From Neophaeotheca triangularis (taxonomy: Eukaryota): a DNA stretch of 64,000 nucleotides. How positions within the stretch are numbered: the stretch's first letter is position 1; every line of letters begins with the position of its first letter. Where the stretch lies: contig BAAIJX010000024.1 of assembly GCA_054600435.1 (NCBI GenBank), positions 62,001-126,000 on the forward strand, written 5' to 3'. The translations under genes and the position numbers were made by a program. The notes under the pieces are model-generated. The model saw nothing but the letters and a program-made list of their open reading frames with translations, had not been told where the DNA came from and made no database searches. Of this stretch, positions 1 through 11,091 are shown piece after piece.

Positions 1-1562
1 TCATTCAACCAATCTGGCGGAGGCGGCATAAGCCTGGGGTTGAGCCACGACGTCGCACGTTTTTTAAATGTGAGGTCCGTGTTGCAAAGAAGCGAGTAGA
101 GGAATTCATCGGATTGGCGAGAGCTTTGACTCGGCTCCTCCGCCTGGGCGCTACGGAGGTAGACTCGTTGCGTTTCCAGAGGCACAATGTACTTACGGAT
201 TCTTCACCCAGCAATCGGAAAGGTGAAAAGGCTTCCCGATCGCTATGCCAGTCACTTGGTCGAGATTTTTAGGCTTCTCGCGTCGGGCTGTCGTCTCGCT
301 TCCACGAGGCTGCGAGAGCGTGTCTGTCCCGGCGTGCAGGAGACACAGCATACAGTATTATGGCGGGTACCCATGGAACGATTTGACGAGGCCGCATGGA
401 TGGTGTCGTCCATGAGGAGATTGCGCAGTCTTTGTCCAGTCTCGTCAGTCTACGCATGATAACCGATTCTGATGAACGAATTTGCCGTTGATTGATAATG
501 ATGGGTGATCTACAGTGGTAGAATTGCAGCAGACGGGGTCAGGGGTAGGTACTAGGTACTACTGGGTAGTAGGTAGGGGTGAGGTCGGTTTCGCCTTTAG
601 TTTCAGTTGGCGGGCCGTCCCTTTACCTTATATACCTTGTGCCTACATATACATATATACTTTCCCGTGACCTCGGACTCTTGCTTTCTCTGTGCGGCGA
701 GCCACGTGCAAGTCCGGTGGAACTTGAAAGGGGCCCCCGGGTGCATGCAGCATGATGACTTCAAGGCAATTATCTACCTTCTATCTACCTTACGCTTTCA
801 CTCTTCTCGTGAAAGAAATGCATCCTGCAATCAACCTCGTGTTACCCTGACACTTTAACGCATTTCGTCCGAGGGTCCAGCTCGCACCAACCTCGGCTCC
901 CCATCCACGTCGGGCGGCTGGAGTCTGGATGTAAAGCAATAAGTGGCTGTTCCTACTTGAAACATCATTGGCGTCCGCGTTGGCACCAATGCCTGTGCTA
1001 GGAGAAGCGCGCAGCCATGCAAAGGGGGGGGCGTTTGTCTTCCGCAACCAAAGTGTATCGTATCTCCAGGACCATGTCAGGGTCACGTCGAGAACTACAT
1101 GCTCCCCGAAAACGTTTCGTCATGGCATCCAGGCTATACCCGGGTATCGTTCCAACAACAGTACCTCGATTGCCTTTTGTAGCGTTTGCCGAGGCCACCA
1201 CGGGATTTTGAGACGCCCAAAGATATACATACGTCCTCGGTCGTCTCATTCAGCATTCAGTGACGCCTGCGTCGTCGGGGTCTGACAGCCTGCGTCGGAT
1301 CTATCAAAGCCTAAATAGCTCTCCAAGAATACGGTAGTGTTTTAGCAACCGAATTCAATGTTTTCTCCTTCTAGTTGCCTCACCAAGATTGGCGAATAGG
1401 TGATCTGCTTGGTCGCGAGCCTCAACATCTTTTGAGCTTGTTCAAGCCCGTCCGGGCTTTCCGCTGGTTCTTGTTGCCCATCCGGCAGAGCCTCGCAGCC
1501 CGAGATATGTCATATACTGAGGAATCGCAGGCAAAGCAACATCTCTGCAAGCCACCGCATGA

Positions 1563-2239
1563 TCACTGTTCCTTTTTGCCCCCGGTCCTGCCCTTACCAA
1601 CTGCTCCATTCAGCCTCGCGACCATATCTAACCCCATGAACACCGCTGCACCCAAGGGTATCAGCTCATGATCTAGATGCCATCCAAGGCAGAAAGGTAA
1701 ACTTACACAAAGCCAAATACGGCACATACAGCTTCCCCAACTCCAGCTTCTGCGCACTACTAATAGTCGTCCAACTCAAGTAGTCCGCAATACAAGTACT
1801 CGTTGTGACAGCAGTTTGAACGGCGAAAACCAGCAATTGAATCGAGAGCCTCGGGTCATCTAAATACACTACAGTCAGCTAGAACAAGTATGTCGGGCTC
1901 GCAAGGACGATCTCACCTCTCAACAATGCCCCCACAGCCCAAACGCTCACCGGCACATGGTAGAGCACTTCGAACCAGAGGTATAGGCCGAACCATGGTG
2001 GGGGGGAGATGAAGAATTGATCCTGGTAAGTCTCGATGTAGTAGGTACGGAGGTCTGTCATGAATTCCGGGCGAAGGCTTGATGGCCAGAGGTTGTAGGC
2101 ATCGATGACTGTGTGCTGTATTAGTATTGTTGCGCTCGAGTTTGTGATGTGCAAGCAGCGTACAGAAGATGACCGGAATGTGGGTTGCGAAGAAGACCAG
2201 GTAGGCTAGGTCACGCTTGCGGCTGAGTATTGATGCCAT
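1563..2239 (-). CDS. EXPERA-domain (TMEM97/TM6SF2-like) small membrane protein, 4 exons
   Basis: Joining the ORF pieces across three GT-AG introns gives MASILSRKRDLAYLVFFATHIPVI...YYIETYQDQFFISPPPWFGLYLWFEVLYHVP...DDPRLSIQLLVFAVQTAVTTSTCIADY...GKLYVPYLAL...AVFMGLDMVARL. This is the typical fungal EXPERA pattern (DQFF..PPxWF, LYxPY). Confidence 0.85.
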
Positions 2240-2677
2240 CGTGATTTGTGTGTCTCTTGGCTCGGTTTGCTATGTTGTTACAAGGTGGAAGGTCGACGTT
2301 GCAATGTGCAGAGCATTGGAACTAAACATTCGACCAAAAACTGGCTTGTCTTGGCGTGCACTGTTGCAACAAACTGCGAGAAAGACGAGGGAAGCAGCTT
2401 CAGAAGCAAGATTTCTTCAACTAAGTGGACAATCTCGCTGATGGTATTTTGTGCACATCTACCCAAGCGTAGCATGCCAGTCTCTCGCCTCGGCCAATAG
2501 ATGGCCTACCAAACGCGCAAACGCCTCGCTCGCTCAATGCTCGTTTGATACAAAGAAACCCACACTGGACCCCTCGAAAACCCACAAATACCGTACGCTG
2601 GAGAGTTCCGCCTTTCCTTCTCGCCACTTGCCTTAGTATACATCCCGTACCAATCACCAAACACGAATCAGCCATGT

Positions 2678-5600
2678 TCAACGCAGAGCCATGGCAATCT
2701 GCTGCACCAAGAGCTCCGCCTCGTGGCGACGGTTGTTCTCCAAATCCCCGGTCCTGAGCAAGCTTTGCAAGCAGTCCTGCGCCGTGACCGCGTTCTCTTC
2801 GCTACCGAAAAGCATGTGTTCGCCCCTCTTCTCGCTGTTCTCCAACCATCTCTTAATGAGGTACACCATATCGCCGGCAGGGATCTTGCGGTTCTTGCCC
2901 TGGAAGGGTGGCTCGTTGCTGTAGTAGGTTTGCTCTAGCACAGGCAGCAAGGTCTCGAAGGGAATTTCCAGCTCGAGAAAAATGTCTATGGCCCAGCTGG
3001 GTGGAGGCTGCATCTCTGGCGCTGCTTCGAGAGCATATTCCTCCAGCGTCGGCAGGAGGATATTAATGGGGAATATCGCGTCTCCAGTATTGAGTCGTCG
3101 GCCCAGAGATCTGACCGTTTCTCCTACCATCTCATACGACTGACCATGCTTCAGGTACCGAGCTTCGTCGTTCTTTGCCGCAATGAGCGATCTCCAGCTT
3201 TCAGCGATGTCCGCTGGGTTGCGGTGATCAGCTGCAGCGTAGATGAGGATGCAGATGTCATGGTACGAAGCTTGGTCGGCGTATTCGTTGAACAAATCGG
3301 CGATGCTTTTAATAGGTCCGTCGAGCTGCGCAAGCACCTGGGTGCGACGTTCGCCAACAAGGCGGCCTTCGCTCTTCATGCGCTGGAGTATGTCATCCTG
3401 GATGTTGGCAGCTTCAAGGAGGTCGGAGATCTCGCGCAAGAGCTGCTGCCGACTCTGCCTGCTTTCTACGAGCGCGGACTGGCGTGTGTTTGCATTTGTA
3501 CGCGCGCGAGAAAGATAGCCAATACGTTCCTCCAAGGTGAGACTATAGAAGCCCTTTGCAAGCTCCAATTGGACCGCAGCTGCTTCGGGGTAGGCGTTGT
3601 TGTGCGCAAAGTAGCGCCACAAAAGATCTGCAAACGGACGGCTCTCGCCGCTCTTGCGGCGTAGGTAATCCACGACGAAAGGGGAGTCAATCTCGAGCAG
3701 GCGGTCAGACTGGCCAATGGACATGTACCAGTCGTAGAGTGCCGTCTGGAAGACAACGTCGTCCGTGCTGTTGATAATGTCATAGGCCTCGTTTCGACGC
3801 TTCGCGGCGACAGTAAAGTGGCCATCGACACTTTCGGGAGAGGAAGCAGTCGATGCGTCGAGGTTCTCAATCACTCGGAAGGCGAGCTGATAGCAAGAAT
3901 CTCTGGCATCGAAAGCCGCCTTGCGTGAGTCTTCCTGAGGTCTTCCGTCCTTGAGCCATGCCTGTGCCGACTTTGCTTTGTCGCGGGCGGCGGCGACAAC
4001 GATGCAAAGCTGGATGGCTCCTGCGTAGAAGGCCATGTCGATGTAGCGCGAGATGGCCCACTCGAGGTGCTCAATGCTGAGGCTGCTCGCGACCTTTTGG
4101 AAGAGTCGCTGGCTCTCGTTGAGCAGTATTCTCCCTGACTCTGTGGATGCTCCGGCTTCCGATGCTCGTTTCAGTTGTTCTTGCGCTTTGAAGATCACCA
4201 CGTCGTCCGCCGAGCAAAATGATCCGCAACGTCGGCGCAGAGAATCCGCAACAGTATCAACGTTGCTACCGTTGACGATGCTGCGATTGACGATGGCCTT
4301 GACGAGCTCTTTCGCTAGATCCCGACCTTGCTGAGACACGAAAAGGCCTTCGAAGGTAAGGTTCTTCAGCTTCCCTTTGCTCTCGTCGGGCAGAGCCATG
4401 AGTATCTCCTCCACCTTGTCCTCGAAGAGCACAAGTACAAAGTTGATGCCCTCGACCATGTTCTCGACTAGCTGGCACAACGAACGCATGGCGCGGTGCT
4501 CGCCTTGGAGCGCAATCTCCCCCTGCCTCGAGCCTGCCTGACCCAGCGCCTGGGGACCTGCGAGGCCATCGATGAAGCTCTTGTTGCGTTCGATGAAGTC
4601 AGAGATCGAGTTGAGGTTGCGCTGCACTTCCTTGAGCTTGCTCAGACTGACAAACGGAACAACTTGGGCTCCTGCCGTTGGTGTAACAACCTCACGGATC
4701 ACATGTGCTGACCAGACTGATCGTACAAGACGCGAGATGTACAAAGCCATGCCATCGTGCCTCGGGCTCGGGCGCACGCCATCGATGGGGGAAATGCTAT
4801 TGTCGACCACCATGTTTGGATTGTACTCAGGATGGCCGCCTTGCTCGAGGAAGACACGCCTAGCCCGCTCAAGAACCTCGGGTTCTGTGACGCTGGCAAC
4901 TCGGAGATCAGAAGTGACGTCCACGCCTTGGCCACACACTACAGCTAGAGCGCTAGCGGCAGTCTCTGCACGTCCATAGTTGGAAACAAACTTCTTGATG
5001 TCGCCTTCGAGACCCTCGGTATCGGTAGATCCGTGTCTCATCAGCGCGGCAAACGTGTCGACAAGCCGTCTACGTCGAATGGTCTCAATGCCGGTGGTAG
5101 TGACAATGCCAAGCTCCGTGCTCGGCTTGTCAAATTGAATCGCCATTTCGTTACCGAAACCCTGTGGCGTGTTCACGGCCCTGGAGTCGTTGCTCAAGAC
5201 GACCACTGACTGCATTCGAGCCGGCAGCCTCATCCACTGTCCAAATTCTGGGTAAAAGGTGCTGTTCGGAGGTGGACGGTGACTGTTGATGCGAGCATAA
5301 TCAGGGGCTGAGCAAAACATGGTGTCTCTGTTGGGATCGGCAGCGTCCGAAATGAAATCAAAGAAGAGTCCGGGCGGAAGACGTAAGGCGTCGTGGGTGT
5401 TGTCGAGCATGAGGGATTTCATGTCCATGCCGGTGTTGCCATGCATGGTCGTTTGCGAGGGTGCCGAAGCTTGCGATCCTGGAGGCGGGAAGCGAACGTG
5501 TCTGATCTGAAACGACGGCGCTCCAGGAGGCAGATCGATATGCAAGCGACATCCGGTGTTGGTGATTGCAACGAGCATAGTAGCCCTAGCCTCCTCAGCA

Positions 5601-6724
5601 GGCACCACGTCAATATCGACGAGCTTCACGTTGCAATGCGGGGCCAGTAGATCGGGCGCGAAATTGTGAGTGCTCGCCTGGTTGATGAGATTCGCGTAAG
5701 ACTGGCTCTTTTGCGAAGCAAGCTTATCCCCAGCGGATCCAATGGCCCACGACTGAACCTCGGTGATGCGCTGCTTCGTGTGGTCCTTGAGCGTGAAGAT
5801 GAGATTGCGACTGTCGTCCACGACAAGTTTCGAGAAGATCGCGGCGTTGCCCTGGTTGCCAAAAGGAATCAAGGCAGAGAGCGAGCTTCCCCCTGACTGG
5901 CTGTGATTTATCAATCTGGTCTTCCCGCTAAACCATCCTTCTTCTTGCTGGTAGTAGAACTCGAAGATGTGGGGCACCGTCTGACTCGCGAAAAAGATGC
6001 GGCCAGTGATTGCTGAGGAATCAATTGGACCAATGCCACCGACAGCGCGGACGTCGAGGCTCATTCGAGTGTTGTAGAGTGAAATCTGCTTGGCTCCGGT
6101 TGCTGTTGTCTGGACTGCGACACCAAGTAGAGAAATCTCCCTGTTGGTCGCGATGACAATGAGGTGCTCGATGGCCGGCACAAACACGCCAGGTTTGGGC
6201 TTGACCAGCTTGACAGCCGTAATGGCACCATTTGCCTCCTCCCAGCCAATAATCTCTGGGTTTGGGCTTTTGTAATCCCACAGGTAGATGCAGTTGTCCA
6301 TTGACATCCATCCGTGCTCCAAAGGCGCGAAAAGACCCAGTTTCATGCTCGTGCTTGCGTAGTTGGCTTGTTCGAGAAGCTTTGGAGGTAGATCGTAACT
6401 TCTGAGCTTTTGAAAGGGTTCCCATGCGGGATTCGTAGGTTGTTCGTATTCTGCACTCAGGCCATTACCGGCGTAGTTCTCAAGTTCTATTGAACGGGCT
6501 TCGTACGAGAGTGTGTCGTTGATGACTCTTGCTGCTCGTTCAGCCATTGAGGGCGCCTGTGGTTGAGGGGCGGAGCCATTTTGTTGTGTTTGGGGCTGTT
6601 GGTAAGGTTGGCGCGCTGCCTGCGCATTTTGAGAAAAGATACTGGGCTGCGCAGGTGCCGGAGTGTTCAGAAACTGTCCGGGAAGAGGGCGCTGGGGTGT
6701 CGCAGGAGGCGCAACAGCAGCCAT
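2678..6724 (-). CDS. NUP170: Nucleoporin Nup170/Nup157 (Nup155 family)
   Basis: Intronless ORF of about 1350 aa with likely ATG at 6724. Family-like segments: W.SMDNCIYLWDY, VKLVKPKPGVF, FEFYYQQEEGWFSGK, RPSPRHDGMALYISRL, LRRRCGSFCSADDV, TLEERIGYLSRA. Confidence 0.93.
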   Translation of the reverse strand: MAAVAPPATPQRPLPGQFLNTPAPAQPSIFSQNAQAARQPYQQPQTQQNGSAPQPQAPSMAERAARVINDTLSYEARSIELENYAGNGLSAEYEQPTNPAWEPFQKLRSYDLPPKLLEQANYASTSMKLGLFAPLEHGWMSMDNCIYLWDYKSPNPEIIGWEEANGAITAVKLVKPKPGVFVPAIEHLIVIATNREISLLGVAVQTTATGAKQISLYNTRMSLDVRAVGGIGPIDSSAITGRIFFASQTVPHIFEFYYQQEEGWFSGKTRLINHSQSGGSSLSALIPFGNQGNAAIFSKLVVDDSRNLIFTLKDHTKQRITEVQSWAIGSAGDKLASQKSQSYANLINQASTHNFAPDLLAPHCNVKLVDIDVVPAEEARATMLVAITNTGCRLHIDLPPGAPSFQIRHVRFPPPGSQASAPSQTTMHGNTGMDMKSLMLDNTHDALRLPPGLFFDFISDAADPNRDTMFCSAPDYARINSHRPPPNSTFYPEFGQWMRLPARMQSVVVLSNDSRAVNTPQGFGNEMAIQFDKPSTELGIVTTTGIETIRRRRLVDTFAALMRHGSTDTEGLEGDIKKFVSNYGRAETAASALAVVCGQGVDVTSDLRVASVTEPEVLERARRVFLEQGGHPEYNPNMVVDNSISPIDGVRPSPRHDGMALYISRLVRSVWSAHVIREVVTPTAGAQVVPFVSLSKLKEVQRNLNSISDFIERNKSFIDGLAGPQALGQAGSRQGEIALQGEHRAMRSLCQLVENMVEGINFVLVLFEDKVEEILMALPDESKGKLKNLTFEGLFVSQQGRDLAKELVKAIVNRSIVNGSNVDTVADSLRRRCGSFCSADDVVIFKAQEQLKRASEAGASTESGRILLNESQRLFQKVASSLSIEHLEWAISRYIDMAFYAGAIQLCIVVAAARDKAKSAQAWLKDGRPQEDSRKAAFDARDSCYQLAFRVIENLDASTASSPESVDGHFTVAAKRRNEAYDIINSTDDVVFQTALYDWYMSIGQSDRLLEIDSPFVVDYLRRKSGESRPFADLLWRYFAHNNAYPEAAAVQLELAKGFYSLTLEERIGYLSRARTNANTRQSALVESRQSRQQLLREISDLLEAANIQDDILQRMKSEGRLVGERRTQVLAQLDGPIKSIADLFNEYADQASYHDICILIYAAADHRNPADIAESWRSLIAAKNDEARYLKHGQSYEMVGETVRSLGRRLNTGDAIFPINILLPTLEEYALEAAPEMQPPPSWAIDIFLELEIPFETLLPVLEQTYYSNEPPFQGKNRKIPAGDMVYLIKRWLENSEKRGEHMLFGSEENAVTAQDCLQSLLRTGDLENNRRHEAELLVQQIAMALR

Positions 6725-7276
6725 ATCGGCTTCCTCCACTCGTAGTTCTCGTCGCAAGCTGCTCTGTCAACAGCGCAAGGGTTCTCGGAGCGTCGCAAGG
6801 GAAACGGTTCAATTGCGGCGCATCTGTGTAGTTTGGCGCTCCGCAAAGTGCGTGGGCCGTGCTATTGCTCAGGCTTGTAAGAAACATGTTCGGCTTCGGA
6901 GCTGCTGTCGCAGATGCGATACCTACTGCTAAAGACGGTGACGGTGAGGAGGGTGAGTTGGCGGAGAGGGTAAGAAGGATGCGAATGTGTAATGGAGTTG
7001 CCGGGGGAGTGAAGGGTTGCTGGCGCAATGTGTACAAATGCGCGGTAGAGGTGAAGATGGAGGTGATGGTAGTAGTAAGCTAGCGGTGTTTTTGCCGTAG
7101 CTCCTTCAAGTTCCCTCAGCGCACGCGCAAAAGTCGCGTCAAAGCTTCAGGCTTGGCGTCCATTCGCTAGCGTGCTTGCGGAACGAGTACGCTCCATCTT
7201 TACCTTACCCCTTGAGCCTCAGGTTATTTATACCGCAACAGACACGAAGACTTGCAAACCAACACATATCGCTACC

Positions 7277-7864
7277 ATGTCAATGACACCGATTCGGACG
7301 CTCCTACAGAGGAAACTGGCGGCAAGGACCGGTTTCGTTTGCTCCAGCTGCCGTCACTATGCCGCGCCCCCTTCTTCCGCCCTTCCAGCACCACCATTGC
7401 TCCTGAAGCTGCGAAGAGACCTGAAAACCGCAATGAAAGAAAAGGATACCAGCCGGCTCAACGTACTGCGGGGACTCTTGTCCGACGTCACTAGCCAGGC
7501 CAAAACCTCGAACCCTGTCAGGACAGACATGCAAATACTTTCAATGCTACGAAAGCGAGCTGCCTCTGCCAAAGCAGCCGGGGAGGAATTCAAAGCTGCT
7601 GGGCGCAGCGACCTAGTGGACAAGGAGGAAGGTCAGGCAAAGATTCTCGAGGAGTACGCGGGGGATGTCGAGACCATGAGCGAGGATGACATTAGGAACG
7701 CTGTAAGCAAGAGCATAGATGCGGCAAAAGCAGAGGGCGGCAAAGTCAACATGGGTGATGTGCTCAAAAGGTTGCTTGGACCCGGTGGAAGCCTTGATGG
7801 CAAGCCCGTGGAAAAGGCTGATGTCGCCAAATACGTCAAGGAGCAGCTCGCCAGTAGTTCGTGA
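7277..7864 (+). CDS. AIM41: Mitochondrial GatB/YqeY-domain protein (Aim41-like)
   Basis: Arg/Ser-rich presequence-like N-terminus, then LRRDLKTAMKEKDTSRLNVLR...EEFKAAGRSDLVDKEEGQAKILEEY...NMGDVLK, which is the YqeY signature. Confidence 0.85.
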   Translation: MSMTPIRTLLQRKLAARTGFVCSSCRHYAAPPSSALPAPPLLLKLRRDLKTAMKEKDTSRLNVLRGLLSDVTSQAKTSNPVRTDMQILSMLRKRAASAKAAGEEFKAAGRSDLVDKEEGQAKILEEYAGDVETMSEDDIRNAVSKSIDAAKAEGGKVNMGDVLKRLLGPGGSLDGKPVEKADVAKYVKEQLASSS

Positions 7865-9501
7865 TAGCCGGTGCGCACCCGAGTTGGTCAGACATGAAGC
7901 TTGCCTTAAGAGCTACAAAACTCAGCATGGTGGCGCTTTACAGCTTTCGGAGGCGGCAGCACAGTGTCATCAGGCATCCTGCACCGTGTCGCAAAAGCGG
8001 ATCACGGGCTACTGGCAGGGCGGCTCAACCACGGGCCACTCGCGAGAGCTTCGCGAAGGGGTGCCGTGGCCCGTAGTAGTACTAGACCCTGCCATAGGAA
8101 GAGGCCTCCACGGGATACCCCCTCAAACACACCTGGCAAAAGCCAATTCAGCGTGCAAGCCCTGGGACTGATCGCACATCGCAGCTGTATGAGAGAATAA
8201 TAACTAGGTTTCGGTTATAGACTATTGCCAAAGCAAGTAACGCGACGCGTACCAAGTCACGGAACAAACAGCCCGAGTCATCTCCTGGCGATCTTTGTTG
8301 CGAACAAGAAGATCCGACGCATCATGCACGATTACCAACAGCCCGTCCGTTGCCAACCTTGTAGATGCCGTGTGGCCGTGGAAGTTCTGAAGCTCATCAG
8401 AGATGCGCGGGAGAGTGCGGTAAGCCTCGCCAAGAAGGAGCCCTTCCTAGCCGCGAAGTCTCTCCACATGACTTCACTTCTCCGCATTTTGATTCAACCT
8501 CACCTGCGGCACGAGACACTCGGGCGAGCCCTACCACTGTTATGCGCGGCATTCCTTCGCGCTTGCGTGTCCCAATATTAGTTGTCTCAGGTCATTGAGC
8601 TTTCAGTGACATCGCATGAGCCACATCGGAAGCACATAATGCTCGCTGCTACATATTCTGGTGAAGCTCCAGCGCTCTGATGCACGTGATGGGGGATCAG
8701 TGGCCACAATACTGCGCAGAGAGACGGCCATTGCATCCAGGGGCATGCAAAAATGACCGCTTTGCAGTTCCAAGGGGTCCCAGGCGCCATAGGCTATTTC
8801 TATCAAAGGCGTATGGATAGTAACGGCTGTGCTGGCGCGACGATGATCACGAAGTAGAGTTCGCAGTGCTTCTATTCGTGGCAAATGGGGAACTGTGGAG
8901 CGGCCGCAACGTAAACGTGTATCGATCTTAATCTCCGTGGGTGAACTACCTAATAGGACGCAAAGGCGCAGAAGCTATGGTGGAGAGATGCGTTATGACG
9001 AACAACAAGGATCACAGTGACTCTGTTGGTATAGGAGGTACATATGTCGGCGAAAAACATGCCACGCGCGGTTTACTACTACTGACGACCCTGACCTTGC
9101 AGTACAGCGAGAGGACAGACACCGAACGTAGCTATTGGCTCTCTGGCCATGGTTCCCCACGAAGGCGGCCCACAAAAGGATCGCGAGCTCCTTCCTCAAC
9201 CAAGCTCATTCCTTTGTACCGGGTCCACGGTGCACTGCGCTCTGTTCGATCATCGATGTGAAGCTCAGAAGAGTCTCGAATGCAATTGTTGATTAGGTTT
9301 GATGCAGTCAGGAAATCCCTCAAGAATCTTATGATGACATGCTGGCGCTGGGAGCGATATGGTTCTCGGAAGAGACAATCTGTAAGTATAAGAAACGAGT
9401 GGCATTCTGCAACGCTCCAACGTTCAATCGATTCTAACTCATAAACAAATTCCCCTATCTTTATCTCATTTTATTTCTATCTTGTTTGAACGTATTCAAC
9501 G

Positions 9502-11091
9502 ATGTACGCCTTCGTCGCGGCTAGTCTGGTCGCTTCATCCTACGCAGCTCTCATCCCCCGCGATGACTGCTGTTTCGGCCTGTCATCCTCAGGTGGCGTC
9601 TCCGGCATGCTGGGACAGCTCGAAGATGGCCAGAACCGTGTAGTCACCGGTGGCGATCAGCTCCCCAACCCAAACGCACAGTACTGCATCAACGGTGATG
9701 GCGCCATTACCGACGGCCGTGGAAACGGCTGCATTCTGACACCTCCCACTACCCAACTTCAATGTGACGAGGGCGCCGCTCCAATCCCTGGTTTCTCCGT
9801 CTCACCAGACGGTACTCTTCAGTACCAAGGCGACTCGACGTTCTACGCCTGCCCAGCTGACGAGGGCGAGTACAACTTCTACACCCAGCCTGTCGAGGGT
9901 CAGTCGAAGTGTGTTGAAGTTTCTTTGAGCACCGGCGGGAAATGCTCAGGCAATGGCGACAATGGTCAACCCAAAGGTGGAGAAGGCAACAACGGCAAGC
10001 CTACCACTACTCAACCGGCTCCCGAGGGTAACCAGGGCAAGCCTTCTGCCACCAAGCCAGCCTCGGACAACAGCTATGGGAAGCCCTCGGCTACCAAGCC
10101 TGCTCCAACCCAGCCGGCTCCTGAAGACAACGGCAAGCCAGACAACGGCAAGCCAGACAGCGGCAAGCCTGACGAGGGCAAGCCTGACGAGGGCAAGCCA
10201 GACCAAGGCAAGCCAGACCAAGGCAAGCCAGACCAAGGCAAGCCAGACCAGGGCAAGCCCGACCAGGGCAAGCCAGACGAGGATATGCCAGACCAAGGCA
10301 AGCCTGACGAGGGCAAGCCTGACGAGGGCAAGCCTGACGAGGGCAAGCCTGACGAGGGCAAGCCTGACGAGGATATGCCAGACCAAGGCAAGCCTGACGA
10401 GGGCAAGCCTGACGAGGGCAAGCCTGACGAGGGCAAGCCTGACCAGGACAAGCCAGACCAAGACAAGCCAGACCAAGACAAGCCAGACGAGGGTAAGCCA
10501 GACGAGGGTAAGCCGGACCAAGGCAAGCCAGACCAAGGGAAGCCTGACGAGGACAATGGGAACGAAAACAACGACAACCCATCGCCCACTAAGCCTGCAG
10601 GCAAGACGTGCCCAACGAACCTCTCCGGGACCTACGAGTACCCTCACCTGATCGTCCCAGTCAAGGAAGACAACCCTGACAAGGCTTACGGCACCTCTTA
10701 CAACGGCGAGGTCAGCGACTCGACTTCATCGATCTTCAACTTCGATATTCCCTACTCTTACGAAGGCAAGACATGCACCGTTGTCTTCATGTTCCCGAAG
10801 AAGGAAGATCTCGAGACCTCCGACTACGATTTCTCCGGCAGTGGGGACGTCGATTTCTCCATGCTTGAGAAGCCTGCTACTGAGGACACGACTTACAATA
10901 CTTGCCCCAAAGATGCGGAAGACTATGGCACCACCCACATTCAGCCTGGCAACAGCTACGTGGTCTCCACTGGTGATTGCCAGGCCGGCCAGCGAGTTGG
11001 CTACAAGATGAGCGCTGGAGACGACACCGATCTGACTTGGTTCAATGACTACAATCCTGCAAGTGTGGGCATGTTCATGACCGTTTGCTAG
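9502..11091 (+). CDS. Secreted cell-wall protein: PIR-like Cys-rich N-domain, repeat linker, But2-like C-terminal domain
   Basis: Signal peptide MYAFVAASLVASSYAA. N-domain GQLEDGQNR...ITDGRGNGCILTPPTTQLQCD. C-domain TCPTNLSGTYEYPHLIVPV...SIFNFDIP...GKTCTVVFMFP...WFNDYNP. Confidence 0.85.
   Translation: MYAFVAASLVASSYAALIPRDDCCFGLSSSGGVSGMLGQLEDGQNRVVTGGDQLPNPNAQYCINGDGAITDGRGNGCILTPPTTQLQCDEGAAPIPGFSVSPDGTLQYQGDSTFYACPADEGEYNFYTQPVEGQSKCVEVSLSTGGKCSGNGDNGQPKGGEGNNGKPTTTQPAPEGNQGKPSATKPASDNSYGKPSATKPAPTQPAPEDNGKPDNGKPDSGKPDEGKPDEGKPDQGKPDQGKPDQGKPDQGKPDQGKPDEDMPDQGKPDEGKPDEGKPDEGKPDEGKPDEDMPDQGKPDEGKPDEGKPDEGKPDQDKPDQDKPDQDKPDEGKPDEGKPDQGKPDQGKPDEDNGNENNDNPSPTKPAGKTCPTNLSGTYEYPHLIVPVKEDNPDKAYGTSYNGEVSDSTSSIFNFDIPYSYEGKTCTVVFMFPKKEDLETSDYDFSGSGDVDFSMLEKPATEDTTYNTCPKDAEDYGTTHIQPGNSYVVSTGDCQAGQRVGYKMSAGDDTDLTWFNDYNPASVGMFMTVC
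10132..10551 (+). repeat. Coding minisatellite, 28 x 15 bp, encoding (G/D)(K/M)PD(E/Q/N/S)
   Basis: Unit ggcaagcc(t/a)gac(g/c)a(g/a), counted from the translation. The variant unit DMPDQ recurs 90 bp apart. Confidence 0.97.

Noticed and set aside
1..1500. Short ORFs and a GTAAGT donor-like site near 195 (minus strand)
   Set aside because: No coherent gene model or recognisable protein could be built; it may belong to a gene outside the window.
7900..9400. Several 60-150 aa ORFs between AIM41 and the wall protein (likewise 11100-13550)
   Set aside because: Mostly non-ATG starts, with no motifs or codon bias evident.
10132..10551. Repeat array as CRISPR-like
   Set aside because: There are no unique spacers; it is an in-frame coding minisatellite in a eukaryotic gene.
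9946..10651. Alternative-frame and antisense ORFs (LVRLA, TRASL, SGLPS, QACPR repeats)
   Set aside because: Shadows of the stop-free 15-bp repeat.
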